A stretch of 64,000 nucleotides of DNA. It comes from Lama guanicoe (taxonomy: Eukaryota). The stretch is taken from NCBI GenBank assembly GCA_013239625.1, contig MU053482.1, positions 1,835,168 through 1,899,167 of the forward strand. Direction: 5' to 3'. A program made the translations under genes and the position numbers. Below the pieces are notes generated by a model that worked only from the letters and a program-made list of their open reading frames with translations, was not told the origin of the DNA and ran no database searches. Positions 10,796-23,946 of this stretch are shown piece by piece; the stretch's first letter is position 1; each line of letters starts with the position of its first letter.

Positions 10796-10812
10796 AGTGT
10801 GTGCGTGTGAGG

Positions 10813-10854
<42 letters not shown>
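10796..10854. repeat. (TG)n microsatellite followed by a TG-rich low-complexity tract to ~11130
   Basis: Directly visible run of GT dinucleotides. Confidence 0.95.
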
Positions 10855-10856
<2 letters not shown>

Positions 10857-12179
10857 ACACCACATGCCAGAGTCAGGGCTGTGAGGGGTGGTGAGCCACT
10901 GTGTGAGCTTCAGATGAGACTTGGAGTAGAATGTGTGCGATTGAGAGTGGGAATGTGTAGGGTGCAGATTTGAGTCCGTGACCCTGCCCTTGTGAGTGTG
11001 GGGTTTTGGGAATGCATGGGGCTGGGTGTGGCTCTGAGTCTGGGGACTGTGGGCTAGGGTTTCAGATGCAGCACAGGAATGTATGAGACTGCGTGAGTGC
11101 TTCTGTGTGTGGCTGTGAATGTGAATCCGTGGTAACAGTGGTAGACACCCCCAACTTTTTCTTTTTTTCCCCCTAATTGCCCCGCCATTGACCACTGCAC
11201 GCTCAAACCCGCAAGGGCAAGTGCAGACCACAGAAAAGAAACCGGAAGGATCAGGAGGCTGTGGGGGTCTCTGGAGCCAGGCTGGGGCAGTACCTCTACC
11301 CCCATCACCGGTTTGTGCACCAACTGGACTATGCTCGCCCTCCTCCTAGTTATAAACCCCAAGTTCCCATCGTCCCTTTCCTTTGCCCTCTCACTGCACA
11401 TCCCAATACCTCCCCCAACTCCAGCTTTTATTCCAGAGCCCTCCCAAGTCCCAGCTGATCCTGCATCTCCCCCCACACGATTTCCACAAGTGCTTGATAT
11501 CCAGGCACACCCCCGCCCAACTCCACACACACTAGTTCTTCGCCTTCTGTCTGTAAGGCTGAACGGAGGGTGTGCCTATGGTTGACCAACTTCTCCACAT
11601 TTTACCTCCCAGGAAATCTCTATTGAGAGAGAGCCAGTGAGAGAGCCCACAGAGGCAGGGACACAGAGGGTAATTGATTCCCCCAAATTAGGTTTCTGCT
11701 TTCTAAAGACCGGTATTGTTCCTGTTCTCAATGTGCACAGAGGTATTGAAGATTTCCTTTTTGTTTCCTCAGGCAATGAATGAGCTTAATCCATTTGGCT
11801 TTATAAATCAGGAAACTAATATTCGCTCCTTCCATAGCAGCTTTTTAAAAAATTTAATTGGTGGGAGAGGCACCGTTTGTCACCCTTATGCTGTCCCCAA
11901 GCCCCCACTTATCAAAACACATTCTGATTGAGGGGTGGAGAGAGTGCTAGGGGGAGGGGAGGGCTCGTCCTGATTCCTCCTGCCCTCCTCCATCCTTGCA
12001 CATGGACCCACACAGTATCTGGAAAAGTTGGTGAAATGACTGAATTAATTATATTCAATTCAGGGAAGAAAAGAGGGTTGTTCAGAGACGCTCTTCAGAA
12101 TGATCTCCTAAATCTTCTGCTCTCAGTTTCCCTCTAGCACTGAACAAAGCTATGCCATGACCAAGTTTGGCCAAAATTC

Positions 12180-12320
12180 CTTCTCACCATCCAGCATAAG
12201 CTGCTAGAGTCATCTTCCTGGTGCCAGGATCTGACCCAGCTACTCTCCTGTTCAAAAACGTTCCATGGTGCCCCTTTGTCCACAAAACAAAGCCCTAACT
12301 TCTCCTATCATTTCAGGTAC
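12180..12320 (+). mobile_element. L2 fragment
   Basis: GCTAGAGTCATCTTCC...TCTGACC...CTCCTGTTCAAAAAC..TCCATGG resembles the internal L2 consensus. Confidence 0.55.
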
Positions 12321-14289
12321 TTCAGGGTATCTGGGGAAGCCTTTGTGACCACCACTGCCCTTCACTCCAATTCAATTGATATCTATTGATCTCCAACAAC
12401 AATCTTACATGCCTGCCCCCTCTGGACTGCTTTAACATAATTGAACATAACCTGCAGGTTCCTGCTCCAGTGATTCTTCTTGTGGCATCCCTCTGCTTAG
12501 GAAGCCCTTGACCACCTCTCAAAGTCCTTGGTGGAAACACCTCCCCTACGTTCCTCTGAGTGAGTGTCTCTGTGTGAAGTCTGGATTATTCCACAGAAGC
12601 CTGGGGGATAAGGTCAGCCCCTGCAGGCATGGTTTCAGCACTCCCCTGGAGTGGGAGAACAGATAATGCATCAAGAGTCTATACTGGGTCATTGGAGACA
12701 ATGGGAGCTGCAGAGCCTGGGAGGGATCCAGATATAAGAATGGAGCCTCAGAAGGAGACCCTTGAGGACCATCTTCTTTTCCCCACAGGATTTCAGATGG
12801 CATGGGATCAGAACCCAGGTACATGCTTCCTCCAGATCCAATATTTGGCTCTCTGTGTTGTTTAGTTCTCTGTATTGCTAGGCATGGCCACAGCCTAAAT
12901 TGGTGCTACTGTTCCCTGCACTAGGGCATCTGGCCAAAAGGACAAGACACAGCTGAAATTCTGCCCTCTCTCTGCTCTCCCAGCCATGTGCCTGGCATGG
13001 CTGCACCCACCAAAAGATGGTACTTTTTGCTGATCTGCACAAAAGCACCATGTGGACTAGCATGGCTTTGCAGTTGGGTATATCTGCTTGGCCAGAGGTG
13101 ACACTCAAAGAGGCCAGCCTGAAGGGCTGAGCTCCCGGCCTCCTCTGTCCCCACCCTCACTTGCACCAATGGCCTGCATGAGTTCTTAGAAAACCAGACT
13201 CCTGGTTTTCATAGAGAAAGAAAACATTCAGAGAGCTTAAGGATGATGGTGTGTGTGGCCAGGGATACTGAAACAGATGCCCAGCCCCACCTCTGAATTT
13301 ATATGGGCCCCAAGCTCTGGTGAAAGACCCTGAACTCAGTCCACAGCTGAGATTCAGACGTGGACAGAACTAATACAATGATCAAGGTCCCCAGTAGAGA
13401 CCATGCTGGAGGAGAGATAGTGAGGTTCCCGAGAGGAGGTCCTCATGGGGGTCTAGACTGAGCAGCAAGGCCTGGAGTTTGGACGAGTAACAGTTCCAGG
13501 TATGGTGCAAAGGTAGGCCTGACTCAGTTCAGACTGGCACTCTGATAAAAAGAGGGCAGTGATGCCAATGAAGGAGTGGGTCACAAAGAGTCCTATAGCT
13601 TCACCAGAGGAGCCCCCTCTGGAAGAGCTGGTCACTAGAAATGAAAGGTATCTGGAGAGGGGGACAAGAGCAGCTGGGCCAGCAGCTCGGCGGCATTGGT
13701 GGCAGTACATGCATGCACTGGATGACAAAAGGGCAAGAGGATCGGGGAGCAGCTCTAATTATATGGGAGGCATCTGGAAACCCTAGCCCATCAATCTCAC
13801 CTCCCAACCCTGGGACTGCTAGAAAGAAAATGGCTTTATCCAGAACTCAGAATCTGGTGGTGTCCAGAGGGTCCTTGGGTTGCATGCGTAAGCATTCCTA
13901 GAAGGTCTTACACCTTTCTGGAGAAGAAGGTCTTGAAGATCTTGAGAATTTGGGGCTAATCGTTGTAAGTGTGTGAGACCTGGGACACGGCATGTATATG
14001 GCCCCAATGTTCTGACCTGTCTTAGCTACATGACCAGGGTGAAGGGAGATGCTGTGTGAGAAGGAAGGGGCTGGAACAGCCCCACTGCTGGCTTTGACTG
14101 GAGCAGCAGAGCTCTGCAGGAGATGCAGAGGGCGTTGTCAATGTCATCAACGTCACCAACGTCAGGCCAGCCAAAGGCTGTGCTCCGACCCGCCCTCCCC
14201 TCCTGGAAGGCCTCTTGCAGCCACACATGCCCTCGTATGCTCCTGAACTTCTGCTTCATTTCTCTTCTCTTCTCCCCAACCATCTGATC

Positions 14290-15013
14290 CCCTTGTTCCA
14301 CTGCAATCTCAGCAGATGACGTCACCTCCCACCCAAATGAGATGGGAGACAGCATCAGACAGAAAGGCCCACCTCCTCCTGCCTCCACGTCTGTGCTCCT
14401 TCCTTCGTCCTTAGCATCTGCAGCAGGCACTGGTCACACACACCTCCCCTCCTGAAGTAGCGGAGAACGTTGCCCCCGTCCTGCTGGGCCCTGGCCCTCA
14501 GAGTGTGCTCTGGTTCACCTGCTACCACCTGTCAAGGTGTTCCATTGGCTATTCCCTTCCTCTCTGATCTCCCCATTCTGCTGGACCTTCCCCCACAGCA
14601 GGCAGGCAAACTCAAGGTCTCACCCAAAACTAGCAAACAAAGGAGCTGCTTGGGCTGCACACCTGCCTTGAGCTACTTGGCCCTCTATTTCCCTTGCTGT
14701 CATATTTCCCTGCCTCCCACTCTCCTCCTCGACTCCTATCTGGCTTTAGCCTCCACAAGGCTTGCCAAGGCCACAAGTGACTTTTTTTTGTTTGTTTAAT
14801 GGAGATACTGGGAATTGAACCTAGGACCTCATGCTTGCTAATCACATGCTACTCCAGTATTTCCGAATGCCCCCTTGACATCTCTGCTTCGATGTTTGCA
14901 AGGTATCTTAAAAATTTAAATCCAAATGGAACTCATGATCTTCTTCCCAAATCTTTCTTCATCTTGTTTCAGGAAACCAGCCACTCAGTTCTTAACACCA
15001 GAAATCTGGAAGT
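14290..15013 (+). mobile_element. L2 LINE, 5' part; interrupted by a SINE and by the L1 at 15014
   Basis: GACATCTCTGCTTCGATGT...GGTATCTTAAAAATTT...GAACTCATGATCTTC...CCAGAAATCTGGAAGT follows the L2 consensus; the element resumes at ~20126. Confidence 0.6.
14782..14852 (-). mobile_element. tRNA-derived SINE, camelid Vic-1-like, 5'-truncated
   Basis: Reverse complement GCATGAGGTCCTAGGTTCAATTCCCAGTATCTCCATTAAACAAACAAAA contains a B-box (GGTTCAATTCC) and an A-rich tail. Confidence 0.8.
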
Positions 15014-16091
15014 GAAGCAGAATTTCAACCAAGCCAGCAAAAGTAACCAAAAGAAGTGGGGTGGTGGGGAGGAAGAAACAGCAAATGTATAAAATAAGAT
15101 GGAATAAGTAAAGCTAAGTATATCAGTATATTACACTAAATGTGAAGAGACTGAATTTCCCTATCAAAAAGACAGATTGTCTGAGTAAGTTAAAAAATAA
15201 AATACAGCCAAATGCTGTTTACAAGAAATATGCTCAAAACAAGGTGACAAAGAAGACTGAAAATAAAGCAATGGGCAAAGATATACCAAGTAAATGCAAA
15301 CAGGGAGGCAGTAGGAACAGCAATATTAATGTCAAACAAGACTAACTTGAAGACCAAAAGTATATACTGCTGGCAATTAAGAAACACTCTCAAGTTACTA
15401 CTAGATCAAAAACAAGATCAAAACTGAAATTCTAAATCATCTGGTAATGAAAAAGAGAACAGCATACTGTACAGAACTTATGAGACACAGCTGTACTCAG
15501 AGGAAAAAATATAGCCTCAAATGCTTTTTTGTGCTGTTTCTACATATTTATTACAGGTATAACAGAGGTTTTCACAAATAGTTGCATCTTAAATGCTTTT
15601 AATACTTAAAAAAAAACTAAAAGCAAATCTAACGAGGTATTTAATCTAAGAAATTAGAAAGAGAACAAACTAAGCAAAAAGAAAATAGATGAAATTAACA
15701 AAGTTAAAAATCAGAAATTAATTCAATAGAAAATAACCAAATAATAGAAAAACAATTAAAAGAAAAAAATGAAAACCCAAACCTGCTTCTTTGAAAAGAC
15801 CAACAAAATAGATAAACCCTTCCAGGCAAACCTGGTTAAGGAAAAAAAGGCAAAAACATACAATATTAAGTATAAGAAAAGAGGTATATCACAGGTACCA
15901 AAAAGGTTAAAGAATTATAACAATAATGTGTGTAAGCCTAGGAAAATAAATGTGAAAGACTAGAGGAAATAGATGATTTCCAAGCAAGGAAAAAATTATC
16001 AAAATTGAGCATAGAAGTTGAAATCTCAAATAGGCCAACAAAAAGAAAATATTTTTTAAAAATGAAAACTCTGCTATTAAAACATTACAAG

Positions 16092-16665
16092 ATACCATAT
16101 TATCCAGTAATTCCACTTCTGGGCAGATACCCACCAAAATTGAAAGTAAGGTCTGGAAGAGATACTTGTACATCTCTGTTCATAAAAGCATTATTCACAA
16201 CAGCCAAAATGTAGAAGCAACTCAAGTGTTCATCAGTGGACAAATAGGTAAACAAAATGTGGTCTATACACACAATGGAATATTATTCAGCCTTAGAAAG
16301 GAAGGAAATTCTGACACATGCTACAACATGGATGAACCTTGAGAATATTGCCCTAAATAAACTAAGACCATCACAGGAAAACAAATACCGTATGACGTCA
16401 CTTATGTGAGGTACCTAGAATCTTCAAATTCATAGAGGCAGAAAATAGAATTGTGGTTTCCAGAGGCTGAAGGAAGGGAGAAATGGGGAACTTTTGTTTA
16501 ACAGGTATAGAATTTCAATTTTGCAAGATGAAAATAATTCTGGAGATTGGTTACACAACAGTGTGAATGTACTTAACACTACTGACCTGTACACTTAAAA
16601 ATAGTAGAGGTGGTGAATTTTATGTTATGTGTATTTTACCATAATGAAGCATGAAATAAAAAACC
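16092..16665 (+). mobile_element. Nested L1 3' end (L1MB/L1MA-like)
   Basis: CCAGTAATTCCACTTCTGGG...AAGGAAATTCTGACACATGCTACAACATGGATGAACCTTGAG...AATAAAAAA; the host L1 ORF2 resumes afterwards. Confidence 0.8.
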
Positions 16666-18021
16666 ACAAGCCACAGATTATATTAAACATGAGTTTTATA
16701 TAACCTTTAAAAACAGATGATTTTTAATGTTACCTAAACTATTCCAGACAAGAGAAAAAGTTGGAAAGTTTCCTGGTTTGTTTTATGAGCTAGCATACTC
16801 TCAATTCCCAAGCCTTGTAAAGGCTGAATTAAAAAAGAAAGGAAAAAAATCATGGATCAGTTTGAATGAGCGCAAAATCTGAAATAAGATATTAGTTAAC
16901 TAGATGTGGAGAAAGCATCAAAAATATGAAGGAGGGTTTATTTTAACACCAAAAACATGATTTGGCATCAGGTAATCTATCAATATAGGCCAGTACATCA
17001 ACATATGAAGGGAAAAATATCATTATAGTAATAGATGCCAAAAGTCACTTGATAAAATTCAGGAAATGTTGCTAATAAAATATAAAACAAAACAGAAATA
17101 GAAGAAAACTACTTTAATTTGATAAAGGCTATTTACCAAAACCCAATAGCAAATATCTGACATTTAGAAGCTATTTCCAGAAATTGGGAACAGAACAAGA
17201 TGCTCATTATCATCACTATTATTCAACATTTTCTGGAGATTTTAACTAATTCAATAAGACAAGAAAATGAACTAATCAGAATAAACAGCAGTTATTTTTT
17301 TAAAGGACAAAAACATGTTTGTTTACAAAGGATGTAATTATATATCAAGAAAATCCAATAAAATTTAGTTTAAAAGCTACTGGAATTAGTTAGATAATTG
17401 GGAAGGTGGCTAAAGATAAGGTAAATAGAAATATATAGTTTTTTCTCATAAATGCAGTGATATATTAGAAATGGAAATGAGAAAAAATATCTTTTGCAAT
17501 CGTGGCAAAACTGTAAAATACTAAGGAGTTATTTTAAAACAACAACCATCACATAGGTAAAGTTACTTGAAGAAATTCATAAAATCATATTGAAGGACAT
17601 ATAACAGGATCTGAACATATAGAAAGAAAACCATGTTTCAAAGAAAAGACTTATTCTCATAAAAAATGAGTCCTTTCAAAAATAATATGCATATTTAATG
17701 CAATTTCTATTAGACTCTCAAATTTAAAAGTACTTTAGAAATGTAAAAAAAAATTAATCTGAAGTATATTTGAAAAATAAATATCTGAGGCTAGTTAAGA
17801 AAGCACAAAAAGAAAGACTACCAGAAAAGAACTTACATTATTAGATAATAAAATACACTACAAAGCCACCATGATCTGAATAGTATTGGGTAAGCTAGGA
17901 AGAGATAAATAAATCAGAGGAACAAAGAGCCAATGAATAGATCCAAATTAGAAAGGAATTTAATATATGATAAAAGTTACATTTCAGTTCATCAGGGACA
18001 GCAATTAATAGATGGTACTAC

Positions 18022-18805
18022 CATCTGAACAGACATTTGTTTAAGGAAGATATACAAATAAGCCAATAAGCACCTGAAAAGATGCTCAACACCATTGTAA
18101 ATGTACATCAAACCACAATAAGTCAAGCACTTCATACCTGCTAGGAAGCTAAAATCAAAAAATCAGATAATAACAAATGCTCATGAAGATGTGGAGAAAT
18201 TGGAACTCATAACTGCTGATGGGAATGTGAAATGGTGCAGCCGCTGTGGAAAGCAGCCTGGTAGTTCCTCAAAAGTTAAACATGGAATCCCTATATAACT
18301 CATTAATTCCACTCCTAGGTATATAGCCAAGAGAACCGAAAACATGTCCACACAAAAATTTGTACATTGATGTTTATAGCAGCAGTATCTATAATAGCCA
18401 AAAAGTAGGAAAAAAAATGTCCATCAACTGATGAATGAATATTATTTGGCCATGAAAAGGAATAAAGTGCTAATATACACCACAAAATGGATGAGCCTCA
18501 AAGATGTTATGCTGTGCGAAAGAAGGCAGTCACAAAAGTCTATGTGTTGTATGATTCCATTTGTGCGACATATCAAGACTAAGCAAGTCCATAGAGGCAG
18601 AAAGTAGATGGATAGTTGCCAGGGGCTGGGGTAATAGCAGAATGACAGCTAAAAAGTACAAGGTTTCTTTCTGAGGTAATGATATGTTCTAAAGTTGACT
18701 GTGCTGACTCACCTATCTACGAATATACTAAAATGCATTCAATTGTACACTTTAAGTGGGTAAATTGTATACTATGTGAATTATATCTCAATAAATTAAT
18801 TTTTT
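18022..18805 (+). mobile_element. Second nested L1 3' end (L1MB-like)
   Basis: GAACAGACATTT...AAAAGATGCTCAAC...GGGAATGTGAAATGGTGCAGCCGCTGTGGAAAGC...TGTGAATTATATCTCAATAAA. Confidence 0.8.
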
Positions 18806-18989
18806 AAATGGTGCTGTCATAATTGGTTACCCATCTGGAAGAAAAATATGGGATCCCTACCCCCTACTCTTGTAAAGATTATGTCCCAAATGGGCCAGAG
18901 ATTTTAATATAAAAATGAAACAATGAAAATATTTAGAAGACATTTAAAAGAAAAATGGAATAGCTTTGGATAATGAAAACATGAATAAA

Positions 18990-19109
18990 CTTTTTTGGGG
19001 GGGTAATTAGGTTTATTTATTTATTTATTTTAATGGAGGAACTGGGGATTGAACCTAGGACCTTGTGAATGGTAGGCACACACTCTACCACTGAGCCGTA
19101 CCTTCCCCC
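18990..19109 (-). mobile_element. Full-length tRNA-derived SINE, camelid Vic-1-like, with 14-bp TSD
   Basis: Reverse complement GGGGGAAGGTACGGCTCAGTGGTAGAG (A-box)...GGTTCAATCCCCAG (B-box)...(TAAA)n CCTAATTACCCCCCC. TSD AAAACATGAATAAA at 18976-18989 and 19110-19123. Confidence 0.92.
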
Positions 19110-20125
19110 AAAACATGAATAAATTTGGAAGGAGACACCTGCAAGAGTAACAAAGGAAAAGGTAGCTATTATACTAGAGTTGATTTTTAAAACTTTGATG
19201 GCCAAAGATACCATAAACAAAGAAAAAAGACAAATGATTTACCAGAAAAATATTTGCAACATGTATAACAGTAAAAGGGAAAATATGTCATATATACAAA
19301 GAAATCCTACAAATTGTAAAGAATAAGACAAATGCCCAGGAGAAAAATGGAAATAGGGTATGAACAGGACATTCTGAGAGGAGAAAATTGAAATGGCCAA
19401 TAAAGTGCTTGCCTTCATTATTAGTTAGGAAAATGCAAATTAAAACAAAATAAGTTTTCAGTTCTTTAATTCATCAGATTGGCAAAAAAAAATTTAGAGT
19501 AAAATGTTCAGGTCTGCTAAAATTTGAGACAATGGGTATTCTCATTTGTTGCTGAGCAAGTAACCTGGCACTATTACAATTTGGGGCAAAGAACCTGGCA
19601 CTATCAATTAAAATTAGAAATGTACATGCCTTTTGACCTAGAAATCCTCCTTCTGGGAATGTGTCTTATGGAGGGAAATCACCTGTATATAAGGATAACC
19701 CTATAATTTCAGCATTGTTTGTGGTGGCAGGAAATGAAATTATTTGAATAGCAATGTCACTCAAAGGTCAAATAAACTGTTGTTCAGCCCAGCTGTAGAA
19801 TATCATGCAGCTGTTAAAACACGAGTTAGACCTACAGCTATGGAATTGCTAAGAATGCCTGTGATGTACTGTTAAGCCAGAAAAACAGGTTGCAGAATGA
19901 GAAGCAAGTAATACTATCCCATTTAAAAGAAAACCTCTCTCTGCTTAGATGAACACGAAGGAAAGATGTGCAAGGCTGCTCCTGTTCAGGCTGTCAGCGG
20001 GGTGGCTTTGGCAGGTGAGAGTAGAAAGTGGGAGTTAAGGGGAAAATATTACCTTTCTTCATTATGCACTTTTAGAATCTTTTCATTATCATAAATAAGT
20101 AATTTGTAACTTTAAAAAATTAGAA

Positions 20126-20780
20126 AGAAATCGGAGTCATTTTGGACACTCCCCAATCACGTAGTCACTACTACTGCACTAGTCCGAGGGACCATTATCT
20201 TTTGCACACTGCTGCCTGGGCTTCCTACTAGCTTTCCAGCATCCCTGTCTGAGCCCCACTAATCCAACCCCCATACTCCATACGCAGCCAGGAGATATTT
20301 TAAAAATGCAAATCAGATTTTGTCAACCAACCCTCAAAGCTCTGTTGTTCTCCGCAGAAAGCCCCCATCCTGTGCCTGGCCCTTGGCTCTGCACAAGCAG
20401 GCTCTCCTGAAGCATCTCCCATTACTGACACCCACCACCTGCTCCCACCAGCAGACGTTTTCCTCATCATTGTCTGAACCGCTGCCTGCCTCAGGGCCTG
20501 TGGACACGTGCTGTTTCTTCTACATGGAACGCTCTTCACTTGGACCACCTCTTGCTCACCCTGTGGGTCTGGGATTGAATGTCACTCCCTTCATCAGGGT
20601 GGCCTCCCGCCTCAAGACTAGGTTAGCTCTCCCGGTTCCAGTTGGCAGGGCCCTCCGTGCTTTTCCTCCATAGCTCTTATCACAATGATCTAGTTAATTA
20701 CATAGTTATTTGTATAATTATTTGTGTGACAGGGATAAGAGAAGAACTATAAAGCTGTAAGTGTTTGCATCTCTTCTTCC
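20126..20780 (+). mobile_element. L2 LINE, 3' continuation
   Basis: GGAGTCATTTTGGAC...CAGCCAGGAGATATTTTAAAAATGCAAATCAGATTTTGTCA...CTCAGGGCCT...AATGTCACTCCCTTCA follows the L2 consensus. Confidence 0.75.
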
Positions 20781-22299
20781 AGGCCCCTGGTTGGGGGGAG
20801 AGATGGGTCCGATGAGAAGGTCTCAGGGGTCTAACCCAACTCTGAGGTTCTGAACTTTCCCTTGCCTTCCTCACACCCAGTACCTGACCCCCAGTTGGGA
20901 GAATTTGTCTACCCAAATATTCCCTTCTACTCTCTTATTTATCCAGCCAACTAGCTGGTTCTGAGAATTGGTGACAATAAAGCTCTTTGGAGTGTGGGAC
21001 TCTCCCAATCTCCAAATGGCTTCCTTTTGCTCCTCCCACCCATCAGAGACCCTCACCACGGGGGCTCCCAGAGCCCTGTTGTCCCCTCTGAGGCCACCAC
21101 CACCCCAGCAACCAAACTCCAGCCTGACCTGAAGCTTCAGAATCCCAATCTGAATGCTCATTCCAGGACTGGGGGTCATGTGTTCCTGCTTCCGCCTTCC
21201 TAATCACCTGTCCACTGAGGACTGGAGACCTGGAGCGATCTTGGGCTGGGTCTCAGAGGCCGGGCTTTCCCATGTGCTGCTGCTGGTTCCAGAGCTTTGT
21301 GGACTCCCACCGACTGGCCCCGTAGGGCTGAGCACCATGACTCACTCCCAGAGAACAGACTATTTCCCGACAAGCTCACCAGAGTGAACACACCCACATG
21401 CAGGTGGTCCCCTTGGAGCTACAACCACATGTCCCAACAGAACAAGCATCTTGGAAGCCATCCTCCCTGGTGCTGCAGGCAGGAGCCGAGGTATGTGGCG
21501 CTGGTGGGGGAGTGCTCCTGGCCTGCTTCTTCTAGGCTCCATCTAATAGGGTCCTCCTGTTCCACCCCTGGCTCAAGATCAAAGAGTCCAAAGGGGTCCT
21601 TTCTCATGCCTGACCTGTCTGAGAGGACCTGCCAGCTCCCAAATGATACAAGTTTGGAAGAAAACCCATGCCCCTGGAAGCACATAGGCCCCCATGGCTT
21701 CTGCTTCCCAGGATCTGCCTGGGCTTCCCCAAGTCAGGGATTGAGCCCCCACGCTCAGGCCCCCTCCTGTTGTAAGTCATAGAAATATCTGAGTCCTGCT
21801 GGGGCTGGAGGTCACAGTCAGCCTCCACTCAGGGCCTGCACTAGATGGGCCCAAGCCCAACAGACTGAGTCATGCACAGCCTGGGGGACCGGAGCCTGGA
21901 GACAGGCTGCTAATTCATACTCTTAGAGCCTGCAGTGCTGCCCTGAGGCCTCTCAGACTTGATGGTGACTGCTCAGGCCTGGATCCTGATTTGGGTTTGA
22001 ACTCCATTTCTTGCAGATCTCAGGCAACTTCCCCTTCTTGAGTGTGGCTGACTGCTGGTGGTGTCCCCAGCCTCTGTTCTCCCCTCCTTCCGGGGCAGGT
22101 ACACAGCTGCTCAGCTGGAGACTATCTTTTCAAGCTTCCCTTGCAAATAGGTGCAGACCTCTTAATATTCTCATCCATAGGCAGGAGAGATGCAAGCTCC
22201 TTTTGCCTCTCTTGCTTACAAAGACGTTCTTGTCCGACGCTTCCTGTCTTCCCCTCTTCCCATAAGCTAGAATCTGGACATTCTAAAATCCAGGTTGGA

Positions 22300-22495
22300 T
22301 TGTGCAGATGACAAGAAGGGAGGCAGGGAAACAAAGTAGAAGGAAGCTGGGTCCCTGAGTGACCTCGTGGAACCAAACTGCCGACCTGGGCTTCTCATCT
22401 CCTGTTATGAGAAAGAGAAATAAAGTTCCATCTTATTCAAGCCGTTGTTGTTTGGGGTCGGTTCCAGCAGCTTCACCTTTTCCCTAATGAATACA
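22300..22495 (+). mobile_element. MaLR (MLT1-type) LTR, 3' part
   Basis: GGAAGCTGGGTCCCTGAGTGACC...GAGAAAGAGAAATAAA...TTCAAGCC...TAATGAATACA, the typical MLT1 LTR end. Confidence 0.7.
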
Positions 22496-23461
22496 CTAAG
22501 CCTGATTCCCCATCAGTAAAATAGTCTCCACGGTTTTTTCAAGTTTCAAGTTTCCAATTACAGGCTCTGCTTCCCAGGCCCTTGGTTTCTAGGAAGCTGC
22601 CTGGAATGGGAGCCTTTGTCCTTTGGCCTAGAGCCAAGGCTGACCCTTGCTCTAACCCCACGCTTCCTCCTTCCTTCAGGAAGTTCCCTGATGGTTGCAT
22701 AAGGGCTTGACTCTGGGAGAGATGGTGGGAAAGGCTCTGCAGAAGCATCCAAAGCTGCTTCTTTTTCGTTGGGGGCACAGCTGGAACAGGAGTCAAGGCC
22801 AGGGGATTCATCTCTGTGTTAGGCTGCCTGGACCTCCCTAGTTTGAGCCCAGGTAGGTATTGAGCCTGACCCTACCCTTGGCTATTTTAGCCCAACTGCT
22901 CCAACTGTAGGGCCTGTTGCAGGCCTTACCCCTCACTCCTTCTTTCTGCTGGTTGTCAGCCAGAATCTCTGAACCTGAAGATGTGGTCCAGGTCTGTGGA
23001 CACAAAAAGATCAGGGGGTTGCTTTTCATAAAACTCCATTCTGTAGGACCCGAGCTGTGTCCCTGGCTAAGGGGCCCCCACTTACTTCATGCCTTGCCTG
23101 GGGGCCCTAGCAAATTGGCGCAGTATCTCTTAGAGCAACATGAACACATAAACCTGTGCCCCAGAGGGCAGCCCACTGGTTCAGTCTAGCCCAACCTGAC
23201 CTTGAGCAATTGCCTGGTGGTGCATCTAATCAGGATCTCAGGAGCTGGAAGCTACTGATCTAGACCGAATGGCAGGATAAGCCCAGGCCTGCTAAGGCCA
23301 GTAGAACCATGCTGAGGAGTGGAAGTGGCCCGGAGACTTCTGTCTGTTGAGTCTGGACTTAAAGCCTCTCACCCTGCTTCACTGTCCTCTTGTCTACAGC
23401 CAGCAGTGTCTTGTGCCCGCTATGTTCAGGCCCCCTTCTGGGCACCAGGGTTCATGGTCAC

Positions 23462-23946
23462 TGTAGTAGACAACTATGAGATGTCTGCTCAGAATAACAT
23501 CCCATTACTTCCCCCCACCCATCATTCCATTCATATGTCTCCTGTGGAAGATATTTATCTTTGAGATGTCCCACCCCCATGGCCTGATGGACCCTGGAGT
23601 GGGCATTTGACCCAACCTAGACTGATGGGTCCCCAGAGCTAGGAGTTTTAGACTTAAGACAAAGAGAGTTGAGTTAGTCCCTGTCTGGTGGCTGAAGCTG
23701 TAAGATGTAAAAGCCAAGATTCATCTTCTCTGCCACATAGATAAAGCTCTTCTGTGGAGAGAAAAAGATTAAGCCAACATGAAAAGACAAGCAGATACAG
23801 TGACAGACACAGGCCCAAAGGTGTTCTGCTTCCTAACTCTATTCTTCCTGAGGCCCAGCTCCATTCCTGCCCTTCCCTTGGATTAGATATTCTAAGAGCA
23901 AGTTGGATTTCCATCACTTGTGACCAAGGGCAACTCATCTAACACA
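23462..23946 (+). mobile_element. MaLR (MLT1-type) solo LTR
   Basis: Starts TGTAGTAG, contains TGACCCAACCTAGACTGAT and TTCCTGAGGCCCAGCT, ends GTTGGATTTCCATCACTTGTGACCAAG...CTAACACA. Confidence 0.65.

Larger units (their letters stand above)
15014..20125 (+). mobile_element. Ancient degenerate L1 (ORF2 and 3' UTR remnant, L1M-type) carrying nested insertions
   Basis: A-rich strand with decayed ORF2 motifs (FFEKTNKIDKP in ORF 15769-15963; ATAGATGCCAAAAGTCACTTGATAAAATTCA resembling IDAEKAFDKI). No intact ORF. Confidence 0.85.

Noticed and set aside
13559..13786. ORF with protein-like composition (SPEEPPLEELVTRNERYLE)
   Set aside because: No recognisable family, non-ATG first codon, no convincing splice sites; cannot be supported without a database search.
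14136..14166. Short CAACGTCA repeats (CRE half-site-like)
   Set aside because: Only three degenerate 9-bp units; consistent with local slippage, with no other support.
18990..19109. tRNA-like A/B-box sequences (also at 14782 and 46320) as tRNA genes
   Set aside because: They lack a complete cloverleaf and have SINE tails or TSDs, so they are tRNA-derived SINEs.
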